Shown here: positions 52,733 through 64,000 of the stretch, piece by piece | Position numbering within the stretch: the stretch's first letter is position 1 | Layout: the number at the start of each line of letters is the position of its first letter | Origin: Squalus acanthias | Lineage: Eukaryota | Assembly (NCBI GenBank): GCA_030390025.1 | Contig: CM059431.1 | Span: forward strand, 127,970,001-128,034,000 | DNA: 64,000 nucleotides | Direction: 5' to 3' | Position numbers and translations under genes: made by a program | Notes under the pieces: model-generated | What the model was told of the DNA's origin: nothing | What the model saw: only the letters and a program-made list of their open reading frames with translations | Database searches by the model: none

Positions 52733-52971
52733 TTATGTGTCTGGCTCCTTATTGAAGATATTAGCAAAATCTCACAGTTTGCCATCTACTGTTGCACAAG
52801 GGAGGTCACTGAGTCTCTCTATTCAAAGGGAGCTAACATAATTTCATTCTCTCTTGCTAGAGACAATCAGGTAGAAGTGAGCCAAGGGTTTGCTAGGATT
52901 GCATGCTTCCCCATGGTGCAGGGAGCCATTGACTGCACATACATTGCCAACTCTGCAATGTACCGGAACTG

Positions 52972-53374
52972 AAAGAAAGAAAGAATTACATTTATATAGC
53001 GCCTTTCACGACCACTGGATGTGCCAAAGCGCTTTAAAGCCAATGAAGTACTTTTTTTTTGGAGTGTAGTCACTGTTGTAATGTAGGAAACACGGCAGCC
53101 AATTTACGCACAGCAAGCTCCCACAAACAGCAATGTGATAATGACCAGATAATCAGTTTTAGCAATGTTCATTGAGGGATAAATATTGGCTCGGACACCG
53201 GGGAGAACTCCTCTGCTCTTCTTCTAAATAGTGCCATAGGATCTTTTACGTCCACCCGAGAGAGCAGACGTGACCTCGGTTTAACGTCTCATCTGAAAGA
53301 TGGCACCTCCGACAGTGCAGCACTTGCTCAGCACTGCACTGGAGTATCTGCCTAGATTTTTGTGCTCAAGTCCC
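52972..53374 (-). mobile_element. Deu-domain SINE, 5'-truncated
   Basis: Homologous to 33892-34358; interrupts the transposase just before KGFHSL. Confidence 0.85.
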
Positions 53375-56012
53375 TAAAGGGATTCCATTCCCTCAAGGTG
53401 CAGCTGGTGTGTGACCATAGGCAGTGTACCATGTAGGTCAATGCCCGGTTTCCTAACAACAGTCATGATGCCCTCATTCTGCGGGTGTCCGCTGTGCCAG
53501 CTGCATTTGAGCCACGACAGCAAACCAAAGGGTGGCTACTGGGTGACGAGGGCTATCCACTGACGACATGGCTCGTGACTTTGCCTGTCCCAGTGCTCCT
53601 ACACAATGCTATCCCAGTGGATACAGCATGCCCAGTGGAAGGCTGCTGACTTTCAGTGGAGGAGACTGTAGATGGCCTTGGAGAACGACCTCGAGCAGCT
53701 CTGGGCATAGAAGGCCCGGTTTCAGACTGCACAACTCAGCATAGGTGGCAGCAGTCTGGGCTGGCTGGCTGACAGGCAACAGCAAGGGCACTGGCGGAGT
53801 GGCAGGGGTGGGACGATGACTGCTGTCATCCTGAGAAGGGACAGCAGGCTTGTGCTCCATTGAACCAATGCCACTCCCACAGGGCAGCGCCTCAGCAATC
53901 CTAGTAAAATGTTGGAGGAAAGGTTGCTGGACTGCTGCGACACCCTGCAAGCACCTCTGAACACTGGTATCCACAGCCATGATGGCAGCATGTCTGAACT
54001 TCCAGTGCAAGCTGCTTGCTCTGTAATGGAAGCTGAGACATCGGCCATCAGACGTTGCATCATGGGTGGCTCCACAAGTATGCTAATGGATTCGGGCACC
54101 ACTTCCGTGCTGGAAAGGATGGGCTCCAAGCTCTGCGCAAAGCCCTGTGCCAAGTTAGTGCCGAACTCTTTCATGATCCATGACATTGAACGTAGGCTTT
54201 CTGGCAGGCTTCCCAATGCACTAAACATTTTATTGTGTATACCCACCAGTATTCTTCTGTATCCTGCCCCACCAAAATCCTCATCTGAGTCCTCTGCAGC
54301 AGAACTCGTGTGCGACCACACCCTCTGGTAAGCTGGCACCTGCGCTATCTTTGCCCCATCCCCTGATTGCAGCGCACTTGTGTCCGGTGCCTCACCACAT
54401 GCAGATCCCGCCTCTAATCTATCCTCCAAGATACGTGGAGCGTCAGTATCTGAGCTGGTGGCTGCAAGTGTGAAATCAGATGACTTCATCGTCATTCTCT
54501 TCTTGGTGTTCCTCTAATACAAGGCCAGGTTGCCTTCTTCGGTATCTGAAAGGAAAAAGGCACGATGGTAAGGTTGTGCTGAATGGAGGGGGGAATGTAA
54601 GAGGTGCATGCTTACAGCATCTGCAGCTTGTGAGTCAGAAGATATTGTGGGATGAGGAGGAAGTTGGATGCAAGAAGGAGGATTAGGTATGAGGTCACCA
54701 TCATCTACAATGGTCTCAGCACCGCGGCTGGCCATGGCCCTAGCAATGGTCCTTCCGATAATGGTCAGCACCATCTTCTCCATGGAGGTTAGATCATGCA
54801 GGTGCATCTCTCCTCCTCCGGTTAGTTCCTGCTGCCTTCCATTGGGTTCCACCTTCTCCTGCAAGAGAGAGGGAAGTGTGTCAGTGAGTGTCATGCAATA
54901 TGTTTGGGTGATGTGGCTGTTGTGGTTGAATAGTTGACAGTGTGTGCAAGCAGTGAGATGTGGGTGTGAGGCTTGCAATAGTGCTAAGTGTATGAGGGTG
55001 AGGTGAAGCACATGCATGTTAGGGATGAGTCCTGATTGATAGACATTGCTGGTAGGTGAGTGATGGGGGTTTGGTGATTTGAGCAGTGGCTGAGGCTAGT
55101 GGTGCAGTTGGTAGGATATGACATTTGAAGATGCATTCACTGACCTTGACCACTCGTATGAAGTCATAAAACCTCTGGCAGCACTGCATCGAGGTCCTCA
55201 GGGCTTGACTCCTGCAGCTATCTGCTCCCATTGCCTTTTCACCGTGTGTCTGGAGGGCCTCCTCACCCCCAGTGGATACAGAATGTTTCTCCTCCTTTCC
55301 AACTCCTCCACCAAGACCTCCAGTGCAGCATTGGAAGACCTGGGTGCCTGCTGTCTCCCATGTTCAGCCATTCTTCTGTCATTCCCAGCTCAAATTCAGT
55401 TCACACAGGACTCCCAGCACCTGCTCCTGCCATAATTTAGCTCTCCTTTAAGAGGTGGAGGCTAGCTTTAATTAGTGCTAGCAAGTATCAATTTTGGGCC
55501 CCCTGTTGATTGGCATGCAGCCAATCAACAAAGTGTTTAGCGCTGGATGCATGCCGAAATCATGTAAATGAGCAGGCAGCAGGAAGGTGGCGTGCTGCCT
55601 ACATTACATCCAACGGGCGCGGGTTAATGACGCATCGCAATCCTCGCGCCCATTTTGGGGGGTTATCCAATTTAGCGCCCTATGTATCCTTCTGGTAAAT
55701 CTACGCTGCACTCCCTCCAAGGCCAATATATCCTTCCTAATGTGTGGTGCCCAGAACTGAACACAGTACTCTAAGTATGGTCGAACCAGGGCTTTTTATA
55801 TCTGTATTCCCCCTTGTATTCTAGTCCTCTAGATATAAAGACCAGCATACCATTAGCCTTTTAGATTATTTTCTGTACCTGTCCATCACATTTTAATGAT
55901 CGATGTACATGGACCCCTAAGTCTCTTTGGATCTCCACTGTTTCTAGCTTTTCAAAATTTAATAAGTACTCTGATCAATAGTAGCGTTCAAAAGGGAATT
56001 GGATAAATACTT

Positions 56013-59000
56013 TGTAATGAACTAGGCATCTACAGTATCTATTCCACTAGCGACAACGCTAGTAGTCGTGAGAAAGGCTTCTGTACAAAACTTTTGATCA
56101 ACAAGCAATATATTGATATGTGTATCGATACGGCGGACTGCTCTATATGAGTAAGGACACATATGAGAGTAAGTTTAATCAAGTACCACTTACAAAGAGC
56201 TAGAGTTAAAAACCTACTCCAGAGAAATCCTAGAGACATGTGGACAAATGGAATGTACAGTTCAACACAATGGCCAGTCAGTAAAGCTGCCTATTATTGT
56301 AGTGAGCTACAACAACAGGCCAACTCTCATGGGCAAAGACTGGTTGAGAAAGTTACAACTCGACTGGTAAACATCTTCAGTGTAGATGCTTCAAAGAAGC
56401 GACTCGACACAATGCTGAACAAGTATGAAAGCATGTTCACAGACAGTTATGAGAGCATCACTGGGTATGACTCGCATATCTGCATCAAGTCCAGCGCGAA
56501 GACTGTCTATTGTAAGGCAAGGCCGGTCCCCTATGCGTTGAAAAGTCAGGTGGAGGAAGAGCTAGCGAAGCTCAGAGAGAATGGAGTGCTAGTAAAAACT
56601 GACAAAAGAGAATGGGCTACCCTGATTGTGGTAGTGCCCAAAGCAGACAAAACTGTACGCTTGTGCGGTGACTACAAAGTTACTACCAACCAAGCAGTTG
56701 AAAATAAGCAATACCCATTGCTTACATCATAAGATTTGTATGCAGCATTCTCTGGGTCAAAGGTTTTCTCCAAGCTTGACCTGTTGCACGCTTATGCTCA
56801 GCGTGACAAAGAGTGTCAACAGTATCTCACCATCAACACATACAAGAGTCTGTACTCATACACCAAGCTACCGTATGATGTAAAGTCCTCCCTCAAAATC
56901 TTCCAGGCTACGATGGATAAGATTTTGCAAGGAGTTCCAAATTGCTTATGCAATCAAGATGATGTGCTGATCGCAACAAGCAGCGAGGCAGAAAATCTAG
57001 AAGTGTTAGATTTAGTGCTTCAAAGGTTGAATTCCCACAATGTCAAATTGAAAAGGAGCAAAGGTGCTTTTGTGCAGCCCGAGGTTTTGTACCTTGGTCT
57101 GAAAGTTGGTGCAAATGGCTTGTAACCAGTGAAGGAAAAGGTTGATGCTATCATCAATGTTCCAAAGCCACAGAATGTGTCTGAGTTAAGATCTTTCCTT
57201 GGAATGGTCCAGTACTATGCACGTTTTCTTACCTGAGTTAGCGACCAAGTTTGCTCCATTGCACGAGCTCCTCAAGAAGGATGTCCAGTGGAAGTGGACG
57301 AAAGCGCAACAGGAAGCTTACGACGCTTGTAAGAGAAGTCTCTCTAGTGATGCTCTACTTGTGCACTACGACACAAAGCGTGAGCTTAAGTTAGCGTGTG
57401 ATGCTTCCAGCTATGGTGTGGGAGCTGTCATAAGCCTCGTAATGGATGATGGCCAAGACAATCAAATCGCGTTCGCATTTTGTTTGGAATCAATAAATTC
57501 CAACAGTTCCTGATCAGCAGAAAATTTACCCTGATAACCAATCACAAACCACTCCTAGCAATATTGGGGCCCAAATCTGCCATCCTTGCAATGTCCGCAT
57601 CAAGAATGCAACATTGGACAGTGTTGTTGTCACAATATGGCTACACGATTGAATATCACACTACAAAGAGAAACGCAATCGCAGATGTCTTGTCAAGATT
57701 GCCACATGAAGACTCGTGTGTTGGGAGTGAAGGTGCGATTTTCATGCTAGGTGCAGTTGACAAAGACTTTCCCGTGAATGCAACTGAGATTGAAGATGAG
57801 ACTCAAAAGGACTCAGTACTGAAGAGAGTGTATGAAAACACTTTGAGTAGATGGACTGATCAGTGTATGGACACAGAATTGAAACCATTCCATAACTGTT
57901 GTACTGAATTGTCTTGTGAGCAAGGTTGTATCAAATGGGGAAACAGAGTGGTGGTACCTACTTCTTTGAGAGATAGAATTCTGGCCGAACTTCATACTGA
58001 ACATCCAGGGATCGTCAGTATGAAATCAATTGCAAGAAGTTTTGTTTACTGGCTTGGATTGGACAGTGATCTTGACTCACCTGTCAGCAAATGCAGCGTT
58101 TGCCAAAATTGCAGAAACAAACCACCCAAAACTCCACTACAACCCTGGTCATGGCCAAGTAGACCTTTTCAGAGAGTACATGAATACTTCTGTGAGAAAG
58201 CAAATGATTATTTCCTGGTACTTGTAGATAGTCACTCAAAGTGGATTGAAGTGAAACACATGGGTTCAAATCTACAACTAAACGTACCATAGATGAGTTG
58301 AGGTCAATCTTTGCATGTCATGGCTTACCTGAAGAGCTTGTTTCTGACAATGGCCCTCAGTTCCATTCTGTTCTGTTCCAATAATTCATGAAACGGAACA
58401 GTATCAAACACACTCTCGCTCCACCATATCATCTAGCTTCAAACGGAGCAGCCAAAAGGTTAGTCATAATAGTGAAAGAAGCTCTCAAAAAGCAAGTTTT
58501 ACAGGGTTGTTCGGAACTCAGCATGAAGCAACGTTTGGCAAATTTCTTGCTGAAGTACAGAACTACTCCGCACATTACAACTGGACATACCCCAGCAGAG
58601 CTCTTGATGAAGTGGAGATTGAGAACATGATTGAGTCTTGTTCAACTGAATTTGGCCTCAAAACATGAACAGAAACAGTTGAGTCAGAAACGTTATTATG
58701 ACACCAATCAGAAAGAACGCAGTTTCAAACAAAATGAGTGTGTTCGTGTTCTCAGTCCCCCTGGCAAGTCGAGTTCACACAAGTGGGATGTAGGAACCAT
58801 AGTAGAGGTGGAACCAAGAGATATTTGTTTGAAATTGGTGACAAAATCCAAAGGGCTGGATTTTGATACTGGGGCAGGGCTTGGGTCGTTATCCACTTTT
58901 CGTGTTATCCACCCGACTGCAATTGGATGTGGGAGATTGATGCGATTTTCAACTAACTGGGCAATTGAGTTCCAGCATGTGGGAACCCATGACCCAATTA

Positions 59001-59684
59001 GTGTTTTCAGTCTAAAAGTCACCTCTGATGATGTCAGCATTGCTGCTGCATTGAAGGTGTGCAAAGATTGCCTGGCCTTTGCTGTGCCGCCACCACCACC
59101 ACCACGTCAGCTATCGAAATGTGCTCCCGCCAGGTTTCACATTCGTGATTCAGAACAGGCGTGCTTCACGTAGAAAAAGGGTTAAAATCACAAAGGCCTT
59201 TCAAAATGGCATTATAGAGGCAATTTAGTGCTTGTTAAGGGCCTTAACAGCCTATCCCGCCTCTTAGAGGCAGGACGGAGTCGGGATCAGCAGACACGAT
59301 TTAATGAAAATTGCGTGGAGGTGGGATGGAGGCGGGCTCGTGCCCGCCTGCCAGTTTTTGCAATTTTAACCCCCCACACGCCTCCAAACCTGCCTCCACG
59401 GGTCAATGAAAATTCTGCCCGAAGTGTTCATGTAGATCAATTGATCTCTGCTAGAGATGAACCAAGACATGATCGTGAACCACTTGATCATGAACACATA
59501 CATGAGTTTGACTCAGTTCATACTTCAGTAACTAAAGTACCAGATTCAAACAAGTCTGAGATAGAAACAGGATCATCTTTGAGTTTGGAATCAAAACAAA
59601 ACAGCCTGAAAATTGGTACAGCACCAAAACCTTCTGTAAGGAGATCAGGAAGTTTCCGCAAACCTGCTATTAAACAGGATTTAG
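56013..59684 (+). mobile_element. Decayed Ty3/Gypsy LTR retrotransposon (gag apparently deleted; PR-RT-RNaseH-IN)
   Basis: KARPVPYAL, VRLCGDYK, FSKLDL, QDDVLI, LACDASSYGVGAV, HPGI..C..C, LVSDNGPQF, SNGAA. Confidence 0.9.
58853..59420. mobile_element. Harbinger-type MITE in Gypsy integrase
   Basis: GGGCTGGATTTT / AAAATTCTGCCC; flanks AAA/GAA. Confidence 0.8.
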
Positions 59685-60874
59685 AACATAAGAACATAAG
59701 AAACAGGAGCAGGAGTAGGCTAATCGGCCTCTCGAGCCTGCTCCGCCATTCAATAAGATCATGGCTGATCCAATCTTGTCCTCAACACCACTTTCCTGCT
59801 CTCTCCCCATACCCCTTGACTCCCTTGTAGTTCAAATGACTGTCAATCTCCGCCTTGAATATATTCAGTGACTCCGCTTCCACAGCTCTCCGGAGTAGAG
59901 AATTCCAAAGATTCACGTCCCTCTGAGAGAAGAAATTCCTTATCATCTCTGTCTTAAATGGGCGACCCCTTATTCTGAACCTATGCCCCCTAGTTCTAGA
60001 TACCCCCACGAGGGGAAACATCCTCTCAGCATCTATCCTGTCAATCCCCCTCAGAAGCTTATATGTTTCAATAAGATCACTTCTCATTCTTCTAAACTCC
60101 AATGAGTATAGGCCCAACCTGCTCAACCTTTCATCATACGTCAACCCCTTCATCCCAGGAATCAACCTAGTGAACCTTCTCTGTACTGCCTCCAATGCAA
60201 GTATATCCTTCCTTAAATATAGAGACCACAACTGTATGCAGTACTCCAGGTGCGGTCGTCACCAGCGCCCTGTAAAGTTGCATCAAAACCTACCTAGTTT
60301 TATACTTCATACCCCTTGCAATAAAGGCCAACATTCCATTAGCCTTCCTAATTACTTGCTGTACCTGCATGCTAAGGTTTTGTGTTTCATGTACTAGGAT
60401 CCCAGATCCCTTTGTACCGCAGCATTTTGTAGTCTCACTCCATTTAAATAATAATTTGCTTTTTCATTCTTCCTTCCAAAGTGGATAACCTCACATTTTC
60501 CCACATTATACCCCATCTGCCAATTTTTGCCCACTCACTTAACCTATCTATATCCCTTTGCAGACTCTTTGTGTCCTCCTCACAACTTGCTAACCCACCT
60601 ATCTTTGTATCATCAGCAAATTTGGCTACAGTACACTCGGTCCCTTCATCCAAGTCATTAATATAGATTGTAAATAGTTGAGGCCCCAGCGCTGATCCCT
60701 GTGGCACCCCACTAGTTACTGGTTGCCAACCGGAAAATGACCCATTTATCCCGACTCTCTGTTTTCTGTTAGTTAGCCAATCCCCTATCCATGCCAAAAT
60801 ATTACCCCCAACCCCATGCGCTCTTATCTTGTGCAGTAACCTTTTATGTGGCGCCTTATCGAATGCCTTCTGGA
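59685..60874 (-). mobile_element. CR1 LINE, 5'-truncated
   Basis: RT ORFs 59782-60231, 60444-60797; possible TSD ATTTAGAA. Confidence 0.92.
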
Positions 60875-60927
60875 ATGCCTCTGTAGTTCATTTAGAAGAA
60901 AAAATGCCAGGAGTTTTTGTTATGTGG

Positions 60928-62631
60928 TGTAAGGGTTTTCGGCGTGCTTGTATCACAGACGGTGCTGGTGCGCGGTTAGGCCTTCGTTGCCTAATACTAT
61001 TGCTTGCTCTGGTCTCCGGCCAGCCTTGTTGCAATAAGCACCTGTGAGTGGTTCGACCCACTCGCCCTTACGGTTCTAACAATGGACTTAGGTGCGAGAG
61101 CAGTAATGCAGAGAAAAACTCAAATAGACCCGGTTGAATAGTACAAAATGGAAATCTTTATTGCATAGCGTCCAAAATCATGAAGTACATGTCATAGGCG
61201 CAAATTAACGAGAGTACAAGTATACATACATTCATAAAGCTTGGTCTATGGTAATGAAGAACGCACGGCACATCGTAAAAAGGGGAACACATTATACTTT
61301 ATCCTTAATAAAACCACCCTCCCCTATCAATACCTACACTACATCTAGATTTGTAGGATCGGGAAACATGCTCACCACTCATGATACTTCGGAGAATTTT
61401 AAAGTGAGGCACTCGGCTCGTTTCGCTGCAGCGCCTGACTGTCACGTGTTTGGAGGGGTCTCTGTACCCCACTTGTTTATCTTCGCTGCTGCGACAAGCA
61501 GGCCGGGCTCCCCGTTGTCATGAAGAACTCGACAGAACTCAGGCCCGGCTGTAGAACTCAAAGAAAAGTCTTCCTGTACCGACACCAGTTGTCGGTAGAA
61601 TTCAAAGAAGATTCTTTGACCGGTTCGTGCAATAACCTGTAGAGTTCAAGAAGTGGGTCTTATATATTCGGCCGCGGTCGGGGTTTACTGACCGCGGCGG
61701 CACGTGGATTCTTCTTCTTTTCTTGTTATTTCGTCTTGTCTTGTTGGGCCTTCGGGTCCAGACACCGTTTACCGACTCTCGGGATGGTGCACCCGGTCAC
61801 TTGCCTTCGTCGAGGCGGCTCGTTCCGATTGAGCTCCACCCAACATTCGAATAACCATCCAGTGCGGCTAAAAGTTCAGAGTCAACAGAGTCCAGAGAAA
61901 CACAGCAGACTGCTCGTCCAGCAGAGCGATACCCGAGGATCAGAATAGGAGAATAAGAGTTCAGCCCGAGTCAAGAGTCAGCAGAGATAAGAGAGCGATG
62001 GACATTTGTTCACTATAGTTATAGTGCCGTGTTCCCTTATCTCCCGCCCAAATCTTAATGTTTGTCCTTTGTGAAATATTGGTGCTCAAAACTCCCAGCA
62101 TGGGGCGATTCTTGTTTTTAACGGGTTTCGGTAGCACCTGAAACTGGCCAACTACCCGTTAATGTTTTCTCCATTGTTGAACCGGCTGGGAGCCTCCCTG
62201 GCTGGGTTTTGGGGGCCCCCGAATACTTGTTTAATCACCTGAGAATGGCTCTCTCAGTGTAGAGCCGTGGGGGTATTTGTGTATTGATGTGTCTGGATGG
62301 GCCTTCAATTGCCCAGTACAATGGTCCTTACTTGTGCATGGAAAACGATTCCAGCACTCATATCTTTTGCTATTGTCACAAATGCAAACAGGTTGCATCC
62401 AGTCTTTATCAGTGCTTATCGAGCATGATCCCGTCTTATATTGAAATGTTTATTCGAACGCCATCTTGTCTGCCCACTGTAATTCTGGAAGCTTCTGCCA
62501 CGATGCGCGGCGGCCATTTTACAGGCTTCTGTGTCCTTTTTAATCATGACAGCATTTCGTTTAAATAAACTGATCAAACGAATCTGCTTCTCTCTTGTTA
62601 TTTTGAATCGCGACAATTGCAAAACTTTACA
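60928..62631 (-). mobile_element. 1704-bp 3' LTR of an endogenous retrovirus
   Basis: TGTAA..TTACA inverted ends; upstream purine tract AACAGGAGGGAC; TATATAA at ~61660-61666; AATAAA at ~61157-61162. Confidence 0.8.
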
Positions 62632-63025
62632 GTCCCTCCTGTTGATGCGAATAACTCTGCTGATCGTATCAATTAAATGTGGTGGTGAGCAAAATTATCC
62701 CGATTCTCCACATCCAAACACTCCCTTAACTTACTATCTATGGTCTCCATGCCGTCCTCATTTCCCAGGGAAATTACATTGTTTAGACTTGGACAAACCG
62801 TAGGCAGTATTGCCTTTAAACTTACATTGCGTATACGCCATCCTGGTGCAACAGGCCGATGCCTCTCGCACCACCTGTATATGCATGTTTTTATTATACA
62901 AGGAAAAATAATCAAGACAACTCTTTTAAAATTACAAAGTTCCAAACTTAGTTACACATATTCATTACTAACAATCAATTACGAAAACACACATGGTAAA
63001 AATGGAACGGCGTCATCCTGGCCGT

Positions 63026-63726
63026 TTACGCACCACTTTCTTCGTTCACGCGCATGTAGCGTTCTCTCCATTCCCCTGTGTTCTCCTGCTTTGTGAGGCG
63101 TTTGCCTCTTTTGCAGTGCACGACCAATAGGTACACTACAATTATAACTTGGCACACTACCAAAATGTGGGAGGCTATCCTGATCCATGAAGGAACTTCA
63201 ATATTAATGAACAGATCCCACCACGGTGGGATTACTATGTCCAAAGTTTCTGTCCCTATCTCGACAGTCTTTTGTTCCAGGGTGTAAAAATGTTTTTGTG
63301 ATACCGCGACGGCTTTCAAAAGCTTGGTGAGGTGTTCAGGGAGAGGGGGAATGATGTATCCGAAATGCGCGACGAATCGCTGCAAGTCGGTGAAATTCTC
63401 TTTTACTGTTAGATGAACAGTGGATGGTTCAGGGATCGGGACAATTCGCTGCTGTGCCACTTCAACTTCAGCCCTGGGTGTAAAACAGAAACTGCTGTCA
63501 CTCACCGGACACCGGCTGTGGTTTGCATGCTGGTAGTTTTGCGCTGCAGTGGTAACACAATATGTTCCACCCCCTATGTAGGCCACCTGCGGAGGCACAT
63601 GATCTTGTGTCATTGCTTCCATGGTGCAATTCATGGGCTTTGCGCCAGCCGTTCTGAACCCGCATTGTGGTGTTAAAAAGGCATTCAAGTGCTGGGGACA
63701 CAGTATGATGTGTGCTGCCCGGCCAC
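63026..63726 (-). CDS. env: C-terminal part of retroviral Env (foamy/loki-like, F-type fusion protein)
   Basis: Uninterrupted ~232 codons: Cys-rich ectodomain, N-glyc sequons NCT/NHS/NFT, heptad, WW region, TM helix, basic tail; precedes PPT+LTR. Confidence 0.75.
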
Positions 63727-64000
63727 TGTAGAATTCGCAATTATCGCGATTTGATTAATAAGGAGAAAACACAAAGTTTCGTTCAAACAGCTTTTTATTT
63801 CAGCAGAATGCTGTCAGGTTTAAATTGGACACAAGCAGCCTGTAAAATGGCCGCCGCACCTCGTGACAGAACATTCTAGACTTTTCAACAGGCAGACAAG
63901 ATGGCGTTCCATTAAACATTCTTGCAAGATCGATGACGATTCAGCACAGTGAAGATAATACACGAGACATTATGGGTTCACAGTATAAACATCGATACTG
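63727..64000 (+). mobile_element. Start of a related LTR inserted antisense into env
   Basis: TGTAGAATTCGCAATTATCGCG.. is the reverse-complement homolog of LTR starts at 62631 and 28370. Confidence 0.85.

Larger units (their letters stand above)
48663..55680. mobile_element. PIF/Harbinger transposon copy C (decayed, internally deleted)
   Basis: TIR GGGCAAGAAATTGG / CCAATTTAGCGCCC; transposase remnants (+) ~49160-53580; 3-exon Myb remnant (-) ~53585-55370. Confidence 0.8.
48190..55975 (-). mobile_element. CR1 fragment (48190-48660 + 55681-55975) split by Harbinger copy C
   Basis: ccttggagtc | gtatccttctggtaaatctacgctgc rejoin as in intact CR1 at 28531-28570. Confidence 0.85.

Noticed and set aside
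58631..59830. 180-aa and 200-aa + ORFs as novel genes
   Set aside because: Chimeric read-through of Gypsy integrase, MITE and CR1 tail
62673..62945. Accessory gene between env and LTR
   Set aside because: 90-aa ORF with non-ATG start and no recognisable motif; treated as UTR

Overview
Repeat-dense vertebrate genomic DNA, most likely from a shark or other cartilaginous fish (inferred from Deu-domain SacSINE1-like SINEs, abundant CR1 LINEs and Penelope repeats). Nearly all long ORFs belong to decayed, heavily nested transposable elements: many CR1 and L2 LINEs, three near-complete two-gene PIF/Harbinger transposons plus deletion derivatives and MITEs, a hAT MITE, Penelope-like elements with hammerhead motifs, a Gypsy element, and the 3' end of an endogenous retrovirus with a 1.7-kb LTR and a foamy/loki-type env. 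Three short phase-compatible minus-strand exons may be the 3' end of an unidentified host gene. The most striking object is an essentially full-length 3.25-kb LINE (49482-52732, minus). It begins with a tRNA-derived A/B-box head, has no ORF1, encodes APE+RT, and by manual scan has no TTTT run on its sense strand. This suggests an autonomous retrotransposon transcribed by RNA polymerase III. Boundaries were read by eye; those without a stated TSD/TIR are approximate.
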